NCBI GenBank assembly: GCA_028865345.1
Contig: JAGWKL010000003.1
Coordinates: 128,184-192,183, forward strand
Length of the DNA stretch: 64,000 nucleotides
Source: Candidatus Omnitrophota bacterium
GTDB lineage: Bacteria > Omnitrophota > Gorgyraeia > Zapsychrales > Fredricksoniimonadaceae
Direction: 5' to 3'
Below, one piece after another: positions 40,947 through 51,509 of the stretch. The position numbers and the translations under genes are program-made. The notes under the pieces were generated by a model that had not been told where the DNA came from, ran no database searches, and saw only the letters and a program-made list of their open reading frames with translations. How positions within the stretch are numbered: position 1 is the stretch's first letter; the number at the start of each line of letters is the position of its first letter.

Positions 40947-41150
40947 GTGCTCGTTCCCAATCGAATAAGGAATTCTGGGATGAACCTTGGCTTAAGGAGT
41001 TATGCCAGCCGTATCCATCCGGAACTTTTGACAGAACCAATCATATCGTCGAAAGTTTTATGAAAACCATGTTGCTTCGGATTGCCCCCGCCTGTGAAGG
41101 GTGTATTTTAATAATTTTTACAAAATGTTATTTAATGTCAGGAGGAACTT

Positions 41151-42236
41151 ATGACGGAACAAGAGGCTTTGCTTGTTTTAAATGCAGTGCCTGATCTGGG
41201 CGCAGTCCGTATCCGTAAACTGATGGCCGTTTTAGGCAGCGCCCTGGCGGTTTTACAGGCTCCTTCGGACGGACTTAATGAATGCCGATGGCTTACCCCG
41301 GAGCATGTTCAGAATATATTAAACTTTTCTAAAGACAAATTCCTGCAAGGCGAATATAATCTGATGCAACGCAAAAGCATTGTTGCTGTGACACTTGCGG
41401 ATGAAAATTTCCCGTGTTCTTTAAAAAATTTTGAAGATGCCCCTGTTGTGCTGTATGTTAAAGGGAGCATGGATTGCCTTAATGACATGTCTGTGGCCCT
41501 GGTGGGTTCAAGAGCAGCCAGTTTTTCCGGCCGCAGGTGTGCCCAGGCTTTTGCCCGCGCCTTTGTGCAAGCGGGATTGACGGTGGTCTCCGGGTTGGCC
41601 CGCGGGATAGACACTGCGGCGCATCAAGGAGCGCTGAATGCCGGCGGCAGGACCATCGCGGTCATCGGTTGCGGTTTTAACCATATGTACCCTAAAGAAA
41701 ATGTTCCTTTAATGGAGGCCATCAGCCGTCAAGGGGCCGTGGTCTCCGAGTTTGCTTTCGGTATGCCGCCCTTGAAACAAAATTTCCCCTGGCGCAACCG
41801 CATTATCAGCGCCTTGGCCCTGGGCACCGTCGTCATCGAAGCGGGGCCCCAAAGCGGCGCCCTGATTACGGCGGATTATGCTTTAGCCCAGAACAAGGAT
41901 GTCTTTGTTCTGCCTTCAAATGTTGATAATGAAACGGCCCTGGGCAGCAACCGGTTGATCCAAGACGGGGCATGTGTAGCGCTGGATCCCGATGACGTAT
42001 TGCTTTGTATCAAAAAGGGGTATCTTCCGCAAGCCCATGCGGAGGACAGAAAGCTGCTCGTATTAAGCGAGGAGCAATCGAGGGTCTATCCTCACATCAC
42101 GTCGGCTCCGGTGCATTTGGAAGAGCTGGCCAGGCAATCAGGGCTGGATATCGGCTGCCTTATGAACATTACTTTGAGCCTGGAATTGAAACGCCTGATC
42201 AAGCAGTTGCCCGGCCAGTATTATGTAAGGAATTAA
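41151..42236 (+). CDS. dprA: DNA-processing protein DprA (Smf)
   Basis: Rossmann-like DprA core (VVSGLARGIDTAAHQGAL, LPSNVDNETALGSNRLIQDGA); conserved dprA-topA-xerC neighbourhood. Confidence 0.9.
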   Translation: MTEQEALLVLNAVPDLGAVRIRKLMAVLGSALAVLQAPSDGLNECRWLTPEHVQNILNFSKDKFLQGEYNLMQRKSIVAVTLADENFPCSLKNFEDAPVVLYVKGSMDCLNDMSVALVGSRAASFSGRRCAQAFARAFVQAGLTVVSGLARGIDTAAHQGALNAGGRTIAVIGCGFNHMYPKENVPLMEAISRQGAVVSEFAFGMPPLKQNFPWRNRIISALALGTVVIEAGPQSGALITADYALAQNKDVFVLPSNVDNETALGSNRLIQDGACVALDPDDVLLCIKKGYLPQAHAEDRKLLVLSEEQSRVYPHITSAPVHLEELARQSGLDIGCLMNITLSLELKRLIKQLPGQYYVRN

Positions 42237-42239
42237 ATT

Positions 42240-44243
42240 ATGTCCAAAGCTTTGGTCATCGTCGAGTCACCTGCCAAGGTCAAGACGATCAATAAAATTT
42301 TAGGATCCAAATTCAAGGTCACGGCCTCCATGGGGCATCTGATCGATTTGCCGAAATCAACCCTGGGCGTCGACGTGGACCACGATTTTGAGGCCAAATT
42401 CATCGTGGTGCGTGACAAGCAGAAGACCATGACCAAGTTGAAAAAAGAGGCTAAGGACGCGCAGGAGATCTATATCGCCACCGACCCCGACCGTGAAGGC
42501 GAGGCCATCGGCTGGAATCTGATCGAGCATATCGCCAAGGGTAAGAAGGTCAGCCGGGTGGTTTTTCATGAGATCACCAGGGACGCGGTCAAGAAGGCCT
42601 TTTTGCATCCACGGGAGTTCAACCGTAAACTCGTGGACGCCCAAAATGCCAGGCGCGTCTTGGACCGCATGGTCGGCTACCAGATCAGCCCTTTGTTGTG
42701 GGAAAAGGTGGGTTCCCGTCTCAGCGCCGGCCGCGTGCAATCCGTCGCCCTGCGGTTGATTGTCGAGCGTGAGGAGGCCATCAGGGTTTTTGTGCCCCAG
42801 GAATACTGGCAGATCGCCGTCGACCTGCAGAAAGAAGGCCTCAAGGATGTCATCACCGCCAATCTGGAAAAGGTCAATGGCGAAAAGACGGATCTCAAAG
42901 ACCAGTCACAGACTAAAAAGATCGTCGGTGAATTAAAGGAGTCGGTTTTCAAGGTGTCTGCCATCAACACCAGGCAGGTGAAGCGCAACGCGCCGCCCCC
43001 GTTTATCACCAGCACCCTGCAGCAGGAGGCTTTCGGAAAATTGGGCTTCAACACCTCCAAGACCATGTCCATTGCTCAGGAACTTTATGAAGGCATTGAG
43101 ATCGGGGACAAGGAGCCTGAAGGCCTGATCACGTACATGCGTACGGATTCCGTCAACATTGCAGCCGAGGCCATAGAAAAAGTCAGGGGGATGATAGGCC
43201 GGGAGCATGGGTCTGATTACTTGCCCCAGCAGCCCAATAAATTCAAGTCCAAAAAAAGGGCCCAGGAAGCCCATGAAGCCATCCGTCCCAGCGATGTTTC
43301 CCGCAAACCGGAAGACCTCAAGCGCTATCTTACCGACGATCAATACCGCTTGTATGATCTTATTTGGAAAAGGTTCGTCAGCTGCCAGATGGTGAGCGCT
43401 GTTTTTGAGCAAACCAAGATCGAGATTGCCGCAGGCCCCGCCCATGGGGGGGCAAGCCGGTTTCAATTCGGAGCATCGGGTTCTATTTTGGCTTTTCCGG
43501 GCTATTTGACGATGTACAGGGACAATGACGACCAGGACATCAAGCTGGATCCTTCTTTATATGCCGAGGGCGATGCGCTCAATCTTCAGGAGGTCAAGCC
43601 TACCCAGCATTTTACCAAACCGCCGGGGCGGTATTCGGAAGGCACCCTGGTCAAGGCCCTGGAAGAGCAGGGCATCGGACGGCCTTCGACCTATGCGTCG
43701 ATCATCCAGACCCTGGTTTACCGCAATTATGTCCTGCGTGACCGGGGCTATTTTACAGCGACGGAGCTGGGTATCCGGATCTGCCGCCTGCTCATGGAAT
43801 ATTTCAAAAAGATCATGGACATAGGCTTTACCGCCCTCATGGAAGAGGAATTGGACTCCATTGAAGAAGGGGACAATGTTTATGCCAAGGTGCTGGCAGA
43901 TTTCTGGGGGCCTTTTAAAGAGGACCTGGATTTCGCGAAAGGCCATATCCAAAAGACGCAGATCACCATTGATAAACCCTGCCCGGAATGCGGCAAACCC
44001 ATGGCGGTCAAGTGGGGGCGGCGGGGGCGTTTTATCAGTTGTACGGGTTTCCCCGCCTGTAAGCATGCGGAACCTTTTATGACAGGCGTTAAATGTCCCT
44101 CGCCCGGTTGTACGGGGGAGTTGGTGGAGCGCCGTTCCCAGAGAGGGGCCCTTTTTTACGGCTGCAGCCGTTATCCGGAATGCAAATTCATTGCCAATAA
44201 GCTGCCTGTTGGGCCATCGGCGGAACCTGCCGCCAACCCATGA
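42240..44243 (+). CDS. topA: DNA topoisomerase I
   Basis: MSKALVIVESPAKVKTINKILG TOPRIM N-terminus, active-site Tyr region, C-terminal Cys4 zinc ribbons. Confidence 0.95.
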   Translation: MSKALVIVESPAKVKTINKILGSKFKVTASMGHLIDLPKSTLGVDVDHDFEAKFIVVRDKQKTMTKLKKEAKDAQEIYIATDPDREGEAIGWNLIEHIAKGKKVSRVVFHEITRDAVKKAFLHPREFNRKLVDAQNARRVLDRMVGYQISPLLWEKVGSRLSAGRVQSVALRLIVEREEAIRVFVPQEYWQIAVDLQKEGLKDVITANLEKVNGEKTDLKDQSQTKKIVGELKESVFKVSAINTRQVKRNAPPPFITSTLQQEAFGKLGFNTSKTMSIAQELYEGIEIGDKEPEGLITYMRTDSVNIAAEAIEKVRGMIGREHGSDYLPQQPNKFKSKKRAQEAHEAIRPSDVSRKPEDLKRYLTDDQYRLYDLIWKRFVSCQMVSAVFEQTKIEIAAGPAHGGASRFQFGASGSILAFPGYLTMYRDNDDQDIKLDPSLYAEGDALNLQEVKPTQHFTKPPGRYSEGTLVKALEEQGIGRPSTYASIIQTLVYRNYVLRDRGYFTATELGIRICRLLMEYFKKIMDIGFTALMEEELDSIEEGDNVYAKVLADFWGPFKEDLDFAKGHIQKTQITIDKPCPECGKPMAVKWGRRGRFISCTGFPACKHAEPFMTGVKCPSPGCTGELVERRSQRGALFYGCSRYPECKFIANKLPVGPSAEPAANP

Positions 44244-45100
44244 TCAAATATCTGGACAAATTTTTTACCTATCTTGAAGTAGAAAAGAATTATTCCGGCC
44301 ATACCATCCTGAATTACCGCCTTGACCTGGAGGAGTTTGCACGGTTTCTTGATCAAATGCCCGTCACAAAAGTGGAGTACTCGGACCTACGCCGCTTTTT
44401 GGGCCAAATGAAGAACCGGAATTTGAAACCGCGTTCCGTGAGCCGCAAGCTTTCAGCCTTGCGCTCTTTTTTTAAGTTCCTTCAACGCGAAGGCGTCCTC
44501 CAATCCAATCCGGCCAAACTGTTGGTCACCCCGAAATTGGACAAACCGCTGCCGCATTTCATGACGGAAGAAGAGACCGTACGAATCATCGAGGCGCCCC
44601 AAAGCAACAAGGTAAGCGCCCTGCGGGACAAGGCTATTCTTGAGATCCTTTATTCGACCGGCATCCGGGTCAGTGAGCTGGTGGGCCTGCAGGCGGACGA
44701 CGTGGATTTTATCGGCAATATCATCAAGGTCAAGGGCAAGGGCAAGAAAGAGCGCATGGTCCCCGTGGGGGACAAGGCCCTGGATGCTTTAAAAGAGTAC
44801 TTGGACAAACGCCAAGCCAATCATAAGTCCGTCTTTCTTAATAAAAATGGTACGCCGTTGACGGACCGCAGCGTGCGCAATATCATCAATAAATATATTC
44901 TCCAGCAGTCCTTGAGCCAGCACGTCACGCCCCATATGTTCCGCCATTCTTTTGCAACGCACCTTCTGGATCATGGCGCCGATCTGCGTTGCGTGCAGGA
45001 GCTTTTGGGCCATGTCAATCTCTCCACCACCCAGATCTACACCCACCTGACCACCGAAAAGCTCAAAAAAGTCTACGACCGGGCCCATCCCCGGGCATAA
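44240..45100 (+). CDS. xerC: Tyrosine recombinase XerC/XerD family
   Basis: R...HxxR...Y catalytic residues (HMFRHSFATHLL, LGHVNLSTTQIYTH); 286 aa. Confidence 0.9.
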   Translation: MIKYLDKFFTYLEVEKNYSGHTILNYRLDLEEFARFLDQMPVTKVEYSDLRRFLGQMKNRNLKPRSVSRKLSALRSFFKFLQREGVLQSNPAKLLVTPKLDKPLPHFMTEEETVRIIEAPQSNKVSALRDKAILEILYSTGIRVSELVGLQADDVDFIGNIIKVKGKGKKERMVPVGDKALDALKEYLDKRQANHKSVFLNKNGTPLTDRSVRNIINKYILQQSLSQHVTPHMFRHSFATHLLDHGADLRCVQELLGHVNLSTTQIYTHLTTEKLKKVYDRAHPRA

Positions 45101-45156
45101 TATAGATTCAAAACTTTTTAAATGTCTTTTAAATCCGCTGCAGTTATAATAATAAA

Positions 45157-46455
45157 ATGTTCCCGGTTTATGATTTCGTCCTTTTCCTTTATGCGCTGCT
45201 GTACCTGCCTTATTTGCTCGTCACCGGCCGCGGGTACGCGGGTTTTTCCATGCGGCTGGGGCGTTTTTCCCCGGAGGTCCGCAGGCATATAAAGCAAAAT
45301 GCCAATATTTGGGTGCATGCCGTCAGTGTCGGGGAAGTGATGCTCATTGATGCCATTTTGTTTAGGTTAAGGCAATTGTATCCTGCCTACCAGTTTATCG
45401 TGACAGTCACGACGAGGACCGGTTATCAACTGGCCTTGGAACGCCTGAAGGACAAAGCCCTGGTCGTGCCGTCACCCGTTGATTTTGGTTTTACGGCCGC
45501 GCGTTTTGTCGAGCTGATCGACCCCAAGCTCTATATTGCTGTCGAGACTGAAATTTGGCCGAATCTTTACAGGAAATTACATCTTAACGCCACCCCTACG
45601 ATGGTCATCAACGGGCGGATTTCGGATGCCTCTTTCGACCGTTATAAGCTTGTCCGTATTTTTCTAAAACCCATATTAAATTATATCAGGCTCTGGTGCA
45701 TGCAAACCCGGGCGGATGCTGATAGGATCATAAAGTTGGGGGCCGAACCTTCATGCGTCTGTGTGACGGGCAATATCAAATTTGATGAGTTGCCCAAACC
45801 GGCCGATGCGTCCGTCTGGCAATTGGGCCAGGGTCTCTCGTGGTGGGTGGCGGGTTCCACTCATCCCGGCGAAGAAGAGATGGTCATCAGCGTTTACAGC
45901 AAGCTCGTTAAATTTTATCCGCGATGGCGTTTGATCATTGTCCCCCGCCATATTGAAAGAACGCCCCAAATCATGGAGCTTATCGTCCGCAGGGGATTAA
46001 AGGCGGTCAAATTCAAAGAGGTTGCTTCCTCGGCACCGCCTTCCCGCATCGGCCTTTCCCTTAACGACGGCAAAGCCGTCGTGCCTTCTGATACTGTAGT
46101 GGTTGTAGACACCATCGGCCAGCTGCGCTCTCTGTATTCCCTCGCCTCCCTGGTCTTTGTGGGAAAGAGCTTGTGCGTCGGGGGAGGGCAAAACGTCATT
46201 GAGCCGGCATCTTACGGCAAGGCCGTCATCATCGGCCCCTTGGTCCAGAATTTCAGGGACATTGTGGCATGTTTTAAAGAACATGACGCCATCGTGCAAG
46301 TCGAGGGTAAGGAGGCCTTTGAGAAGGCCGTTTTAGCATTGTGCGCCGATGAAGACAGGCGGCGGATGTTGGGGGCCGCGGCCAAAGAAGTTATCGCCGC
46401 CAATCAAGGGGCCACCCAGCGCAGTTTGGAGCGCTTGAGGACGCTTTTAAAATGA
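45157..46455 (+). CDS. waaA: 3-deoxy-D-manno-octulosonic acid (Kdo) transferase
   Basis: N-terminal membrane anchor plus WVHAVSVGEV motif; 432 aa. Confidence 0.9.
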   Translation: MFPVYDFVLFLYALLYLPYLLVTGRGYAGFSMRLGRFSPEVRRHIKQNANIWVHAVSVGEVMLIDAILFRLRQLYPAYQFIVTVTTRTGYQLALERLKDKALVVPSPVDFGFTAARFVELIDPKLYIAVETEIWPNLYRKLHLNATPTMVINGRISDASFDRYKLVRIFLKPILNYIRLWCMQTRADADRIIKLGAEPSCVCVTGNIKFDELPKPADASVWQLGQGLSWWVAGSTHPGEEEMVISVYSKLVKFYPRWRLIIVPRHIERTPQIMELIVRRGLKAVKFKEVASSAPPSRIGLSLNDGKAVVPSDTVVVVDTIGQLRSLYSLASLVFVGKSLCVGGGQNVIEPASYGKAVIIGPLVQNFRDIVACFKEHDAIVQVEGKEAFEKAVLALCADEDRRRMLGAAAKEVIAANQGATQRSLERLRTLLK

Positions 46456-47495
46456 ACCGATATCTGCTTTCCATCATGAAGGGGCGGCAAAACAGCTTCA
46501 CGGCCCAATTAATCATGTATTTATTGCTGCCGTGGTCCTTTCTTTACGGGCTGGGCGTCGTCTGCCACCGCAACCTCTGCCGCCTGCAGGGTATTTACAG
46601 GGCCCCCAAACCCGTGATCAGCATCGGCAATATCACCGTCGGGGGTACGGGTAAGACGCCCCTGGTCATCTGGCTCGTGAAGGGGCTGCAGAATAAAGGG
46701 ATCAAATCCATCGTTTTGATCCGTGGGTACAAGCCCCATGCTTCCAGGATGAGCGACGAAGTCGACATGTTGAATGAGCAAATACCTTATGTCCCGGTTT
46801 TGGCGGGGGCCGACCGGTCAGCCAATATACGTGAAGCTGAAAAAACGTTACCGGCGGACGTGTATATCTGCGATGACGCCTTTCAGCATTGGCCCCTGCA
46901 CCGTGATTTGAACCTGGTGACCATCGATGCCGGCAATCCCTTCGGCAACGGATATCTTTTGCCTGCGGGGATCCTGCGCGAAGGGCTTTCCGCCCTCAAG
47001 CGGGCGGATGTTTTCATGTTGACGAAAACCGACGGTCCCAGGGACATTCAAAATTTAATAGCGCGCCTTCAAAGGATCAACCCAAAAGCATTGATCATGG
47101 AAAGCCGGTATAAAAGCAGCGCTACCGTCGACGCTTTCGATGCGTTAAGCCTTCCTGAAGATTTCCTAAGCGGCAAGCGGGTGGCCGGGTTCTGCGCCAT
47201 CGGCGATCCGCTTTCTTTCGAGTTGAGCTTGAGGAATTCCGGGGCGGACGTCGTTAAAATGTTTGAGTTTATGGACCATCATGCTTACCGTGCGAAGGAT
47301 ATCCGCCGCATGGTCCAATTTTGCTGTACGCAGAACATTTGGGTGCTGGTCACGACCCACAAGGACATGGTCAAATTGCGGTCGTTCAAAAATTTGCTGG
47401 CAGGCATACGCCTGGTTTATATACCGGTCCAAATAGAGATCACCAAAGGAGCTGATGAGTTCTTTCAGAAAGTCTTTTCTCTTTGCCGCCGTTAG
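46452..47495 (+). CDS. lpxK: Tetraacyldisaccharide 4'-kinase
   Basis: ISIGNITVGGTGKTPLVIWL P-loop. Confidence 0.9.
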   Translation: MNRYLLSIMKGRQNSFTAQLIMYLLLPWSFLYGLGVVCHRNLCRLQGIYRAPKPVISIGNITVGGTGKTPLVIWLVKGLQNKGIKSIVLIRGYKPHASRMSDEVDMLNEQIPYVPVLAGADRSANIREAEKTLPADVYICDDAFQHWPLHRDLNLVTIDAGNPFGNGYLLPAGILREGLSALKRADVFMLTKTDGPRDIQNLIARLQRINPKALIMESRYKSSATVDAFDALSLPEDFLSGKRVAGFCAIGDPLSFELSLRNSGADVVKMFEFMDHHAYRAKDIRRMVQFCCTQNIWVLVTTHKDMVKLRSFKNLLAGIRLVYIPVQIEITKGADEFFQKVFSLCRR

Positions 47496-49422
47496 GACAG
47501 CGGCCTTTATTTTTATGCTTTTGCCCATGAGGACAAGCCTGTGGCTGGGGCGTGTCCTGGGCTGGTTGGGATATTATTGCCTGTCCCAAAAAAGGAAGGT
47601 GGTTTACGCCAATCTGAAAACAGTGTTCGCCGGCGAGCGGAGCCCCCGGCAACTGCGGATATTGAGCAGGGAGGTCTTTGTCAACTTTATTCAAAGCGTT
47701 GTCGAGCTCTTGTGCCTGCCCAAGATCAAACGTCTGGGATTCCAGAAATTTGTCGAGTTGGAAGGCTCGGAACATATTGACCAGGGGCTGTCAAAGGGAA
47801 AGGGAGTGATCTTTTTGGCCATCCATTCGGGAAGCTGGGAATTGGCCAGTATCATCGGCGGGGTGACAAATGGCTCTTATTATATTGTGGCCAATGAGCA
47901 GCCCAAGCTTCCCCAATTGGACAAAATGCTCAATGAATACCGCACCATTGCCGGTGCCCGGGTGATCACTGCGGGCGGGGCCGGCAAGGGGATCATCAAG
48001 GTCCTTCAGGACAACGGAATCGTTTCCCTGGTCCTGGACCAGGGGGGAAGGACAGGCCTGGCGGTCCCGTTCTTAGGCAAAACAGCGTCCATGTCCACAG
48101 GAGCCGTAAGGCTTGCCCTCAAATACGGCTGCGCTTTATGCCCGGTTTGGATCAAGCGCTCCGCCGGCGGCAAGCACCTGTTGAAAGTTTTTCCGGAGCT
48201 TTCACTGGTCCAAACAGGTGACGTAGAAAAGGATGTGGAGGCCAACGTCGGGGCGGCGGTCCGGATTTTTGAGGGGCTGCTTAAAGAACATCCTGAGGAA
48301 TACCTGTGGTTCTACAAGGTCTTTAAATATTCGACCCAAGCACGGGTACTCATTATCGACGACGGGCGTACCGGGCATTTGCGCCAGTCGCAGGCCCTGT
48401 CCGGGAATTTGCGCGAAGTCTTGAAGAAAAGGGGCAAGCTTGCTCAGGAGAACACCGTCTCTTTGCAATGGCGGAACAATTGGAGCTCTTCCTGGCTTAC
48501 TTTTTATGTTTACCTGTCGCAGTATTTCAGTTTTCTGAAAAGAGAAGTATGTTTGAAATATTTTTTGACGGACCATTGTTTCGAAGAGCTCATGAAGCAC
48601 AAAGCGGATTTCGTGATATCCTGCGGTTCCCAGGCGGCAGGGACCAATTTTGTACTCAGCCGTAATCATTTGGCCAGGTCCATTTGCATATTGTCTCCCG
48701 GCATTATTTCCCACGAGCGTTTTGATGCCGTGGTGTTGCCGGAGCACGACAGGCCGAACGATTTCCGGCGGGCGCGTCTGATCCGCCCCAAGATATCCCC
48801 AAATCTGGTCAATGCGGCCTACCTTAAAGAGCAGGAAGAAGGGCTGCTGAGATATTATTCCCATTTAAAAGGCAATGTGCGCACCAAATTCGGCGTCCTT
48901 TTGGGCGGGGATACCGATGGCGTCAGGTTTGAAGAGGCCCAAATCCGCGAGTTGCTTGGCGGGCTCAAAGAGGCCGCCCTGCATTATAACGCAGACATTT
49001 TATTGACAACTTCCCGGCGTACGCCGCCGGCCGTTGAACAGGCCGTTGTCAGGGAATTTAAAAGTTTTGAACGCTCTTGTTTGTGCATCATTGCCAACCA
49101 GCGCAATATTCCCGAAGCTGTGGGCGGCATATTGGCCTTGTCCGATCTGGTCATTGTCTCCGGGGAAAGTATTTCCATGATCTCCGAGTCTTTGAGTTCC
49201 GGCAGGAGTACCATTGTGTTTTCTCCCCATGGCCGCTGGAGTGACCATCCAAGGGACAAATATGAAGATTTTGTGTTGCAATTGAACGACCAGGGTTATT
49301 TAATGTTAAGTTCGGTGGACGACATCAAGGCCAAAATCACATTGATCATGAGCCGTAAAATAAGCCTGAAGTCCGTGGATGACACGAAGATCATCCAAAG
49401 CGGCCTGGAGGCCATTGTTTAA
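47455..49422 (+). CDS. Fusion protein: lipid A late acyltransferase (LpxL/HtrB, LABLAT family) N-domain plus ELM1/GtrOC1-like (DUF1022) putative glycosyltransferase C-domain
   Basis: N-terminal half has AIHSGSWELAS (HxxxxE acyltransferase motif). The C-terminal half begins ARVLIIDDGRTGHLRQSQALSGNL, the hallmark opening of DUF1022/ELM1-like proteins. Confidence 0.75.
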   Translation: MSSFRKSFLFAAVRTAAFIFMLLPMRTSLWLGRVLGWLGYYCLSQKRKVVYANLKTVFAGERSPRQLRILSREVFVNFIQSVVELLCLPKIKRLGFQKFVELEGSEHIDQGLSKGKGVIFLAIHSGSWELASIIGGVTNGSYYIVANEQPKLPQLDKMLNEYRTIAGARVITAGGAGKGIIKVLQDNGIVSLVLDQGGRTGLAVPFLGKTASMSTGAVRLALKYGCALCPVWIKRSAGGKHLLKVFPELSLVQTGDVEKDVEANVGAAVRIFEGLLKEHPEEYLWFYKVFKYSTQARVLIIDDGRTGHLRQSQALSGNLREVLKKRGKLAQENTVSLQWRNNWSSSWLTFYVYLSQYFSFLKREVCLKYFLTDHCFEELMKHKADFVISCGSQAAGTNFVLSRNHLARSICILSPGIISHERFDAVVLPEHDRPNDFRRARLIRPKISPNLVNAAYLKEQEEGLLRYYSHLKGNVRTKFGVLLGGDTDGVRFEEAQIRELLGGLKEAALHYNADILLTTSRRTPPAVEQAVVREFKSFERSCLCIIANQRNIPEAVGGILALSDLVIVSGESISMISESLSSGRSTIVFSPHGRWSDHPRDKYEDFVLQLNDQGYLMLSSVDDIKAKITLIMSRKISLKSVDDTKIIQSGLEAIV

Positions 49423-51509
49423 TGAATATTCTGCAAATTTTACCGGAGCTCAATGTCGGCGGGGTCGAAACCGGCACCGTGGATCTGGCCGGGTACCTGG
49501 TGTCCCATGGGCATAAGTCGGTCGTGGTTTCCAACGGCGGCGGCCTGGTCGCGGGGCTCCAGTCCCAGGGGTCCAAGCATTACACCCTCCCTGTGCATGC
49601 CAAGAACCCCATCACAGCTTTTCGCTGTATCGGCAAACTGGCATCTATCATCCAGAAGGAAAAGATCGATATCGTGCATGCCCGTTCCCGGGTGCCGGCC
49701 TGGATCGCTTTTTTTGCCTGCCGGCGGACGGAAGCCCATTTTATGACCACCTGCCACGGGTATTACACGCCTCATTTCTTCAGCAGGGTGATGGGGTGGG
49801 GGAAGACCGTCATTGCCATCAGTGACGCCGTCGGCCGCCATATGGTCCATGATTTCAAAACACCGGCGGAAAATATCCGGGTCATCCCCCGCAGTGTTGA
49901 CCTGGAAAAATTCAGCGTCCCGCGTGCGCCTAAGTCCGATAAAAAGTCCTTCACGGTGGTGATGGTCGCCCGGATCACTCCTTTGAAAGGCCATTCTTAT
50001 TTTTTAAAAGCCATGGCCCGCGTGATCCGCCGTATGCCGTCAGTCAGGGTCAGGATCATCGGTGAAGCGCCGCCCAAGAAACAGGCTTATAAGGACGAGT
50101 TGGTATTATTGACCAGGCGTTTGGGGATTTCAGAGCAGGTTGAATTTATGGGTAACCGGCGGGACATTCCTCAATTGCTGAGCAAGGCCGATTGTTTGGT
50201 CCTTTCGACGGTGACCCAGGAAGCTTTTGGCCGGGTCATCATCGAAGCCCAGGCCGCCGGCGTTCCTGTGGTGGCGACGAGCGTGGGCGGAACGACGGAG
50301 ATCATCGAGCATGAGAAAACAGGGCTTCTGGTATTGCCCAAGGATGTGGAAGCCATGGCAGCCGCCGTATGGCGTGTTTTAAATGATCCTGATCTGGCCG
50401 CGGGCATGGTCCTGGAAGCCAAAAAGAAGATCGAAAGCCGCTATACGCTGGAGCGCATGGCTGAAGCGACCCTGTCTGTTTACAAGGAATTGATGCAGGC
50501 GACAAAGATCTTGGTCATTAAGATGACGGCCGTAGGGGACGTGGTTTTGTCCACCGCCGCCATCAGGTCTATCCGCCGGAAGTTCCCCCAGGGGCGCATT
50601 TATTGTTTGACTTCATCGCAGGCCGGCCCTGTTGTGGAAAGTTTGCCATATGTCGACGAGACATTACTGTTCGACGGCAGGGGCCGCAATGTCAAAGCGC
50701 TGTGGCGGACAGCCGCCGAATTGCGCGAGTTCAATTTCGACAAGGTGATAGACCTGCAGAACAACCGGACAAGCCATCTGCTGTCTTTTTTGGCCTTACC
50801 CAAAGAATCGTACGGGTACAATAACGGCAAATTTTCATTTCTTTTATCAAAAAAGATCAAAAACAATGTCCGTAATATCCCGCCGGTTGAGCATCAATTC
50901 AGGATATTGGCGATGCTCGGCATCGACTATACTCCGGATTTGAGGCTCGAGCTTCACCCCTCATCGAAGGATGATGCCTTTGTGCAGGAAATATTGGACA
51001 GTGAATGGCTCAGCAATCCGCAGGTTTTTGTGGGTTTGAACGTTTCCGCCTCTGTGAGCTGGCCTACGAAGAATTGGCCCCTGGAGCACATGGCCAAATT
51101 ATGCGACATTCTGGGATCCAAAAATGTCCGGGTGGTATTGACCGGTGAAAATAAAGACAGGCCCCTGGGCAGGCAATTGATCGCCCGCGCCCGTGCCAAA
51201 CCGGCCAGTTTCATCGGTAAAACTTCCATCATGCAGCTGGCCGCCCTGATCAAGCGCTGCCGGGTCTATATTTCACCGGATTCGGCGCCTTTGCACGTTG
51301 CGGCGGGCATGGGGGTGCCCATCATCGCCTTTTTCGGGCCCACCGACAGCCGGCGTCATATGCCGCCGTCGGACAAAAGTATCGTCTTGCACCGGCCTCT
51401 TAAATGTTCGCCGTGTTATTCGAATGTATGCAGGATCAGGACCCATGCCTGCATGACTGAAATTATGCCCGAAGAAGTGGCCCGAAAGGTCATGTCATTC
51501 ATCAAATGA
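49422..51509 (+). CDS. Fusion glycosyltransferase: GT4 (N-terminal ~360 aa) plus GT9 heptosyltransferase-like (C-terminal ~335 aa)
   Basis: N-terminal MNILQILPELNVGGVETGTVDLAGYL and EAFGRVIIEAQAAGVPVVAT (GT4 E-x7-E region). C-terminal KILVIKMTAVGDVVLSTAAIRSIRRKFPQGRIYCL (GT9 N-terminal signature). Confidence 0.75.
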   Translation: MNILQILPELNVGGVETGTVDLAGYLVSHGHKSVVVSNGGGLVAGLQSQGSKHYTLPVHAKNPITAFRCIGKLASIIQKEKIDIVHARSRVPAWIAFFACRRTEAHFMTTCHGYYTPHFFSRVMGWGKTVIAISDAVGRHMVHDFKTPAENIRVIPRSVDLEKFSVPRAPKSDKKSFTVVMVARITPLKGHSYFLKAMARVIRRMPSVRVRIIGEAPPKKQAYKDELVLLTRRLGISEQVEFMGNRRDIPQLLSKADCLVLSTVTQEAFGRVIIEAQAAGVPVVATSVGGTTEIIEHEKTGLLVLPKDVEAMAAAVWRVLNDPDLAAGMVLEAKKKIESRYTLERMAEATLSVYKELMQATKILVIKMTAVGDVVLSTAAIRSIRRKFPQGRIYCLTSSQAGPVVESLPYVDETLLFDGRGRNVKALWRTAAELREFNFDKVIDLQNNRTSHLLSFLALPKESYGYNNGKFSFLLSKKIKNNVRNIPPVEHQFRILAMLGIDYTPDLRLELHPSSKDDAFVQEILDSEWLSNPQVFVGLNVSASVSWPTKNWPLEHMAKLCDILGSKNVRVVLTGENKDRPLGRQLIARARAKPASFIGKTSIMQLAALIKRCRVYISPDSAPLHVAAGMGVPIIAFFGPTDSRRHMPPSDKSIVLHRPLKCSPCYSNVCRIRTHACMTEIMPEEVARKVMSFIK

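Noticed and set aside
40832-41194. 120-aa plus-strand ORF in the aroK-dprA spacer
   Set aside because: It has no SD, overlaps the dprA start, and its sequence is low-complexity. The region is better explained as non-coding (duplicated aroK tail plus hairpin element).
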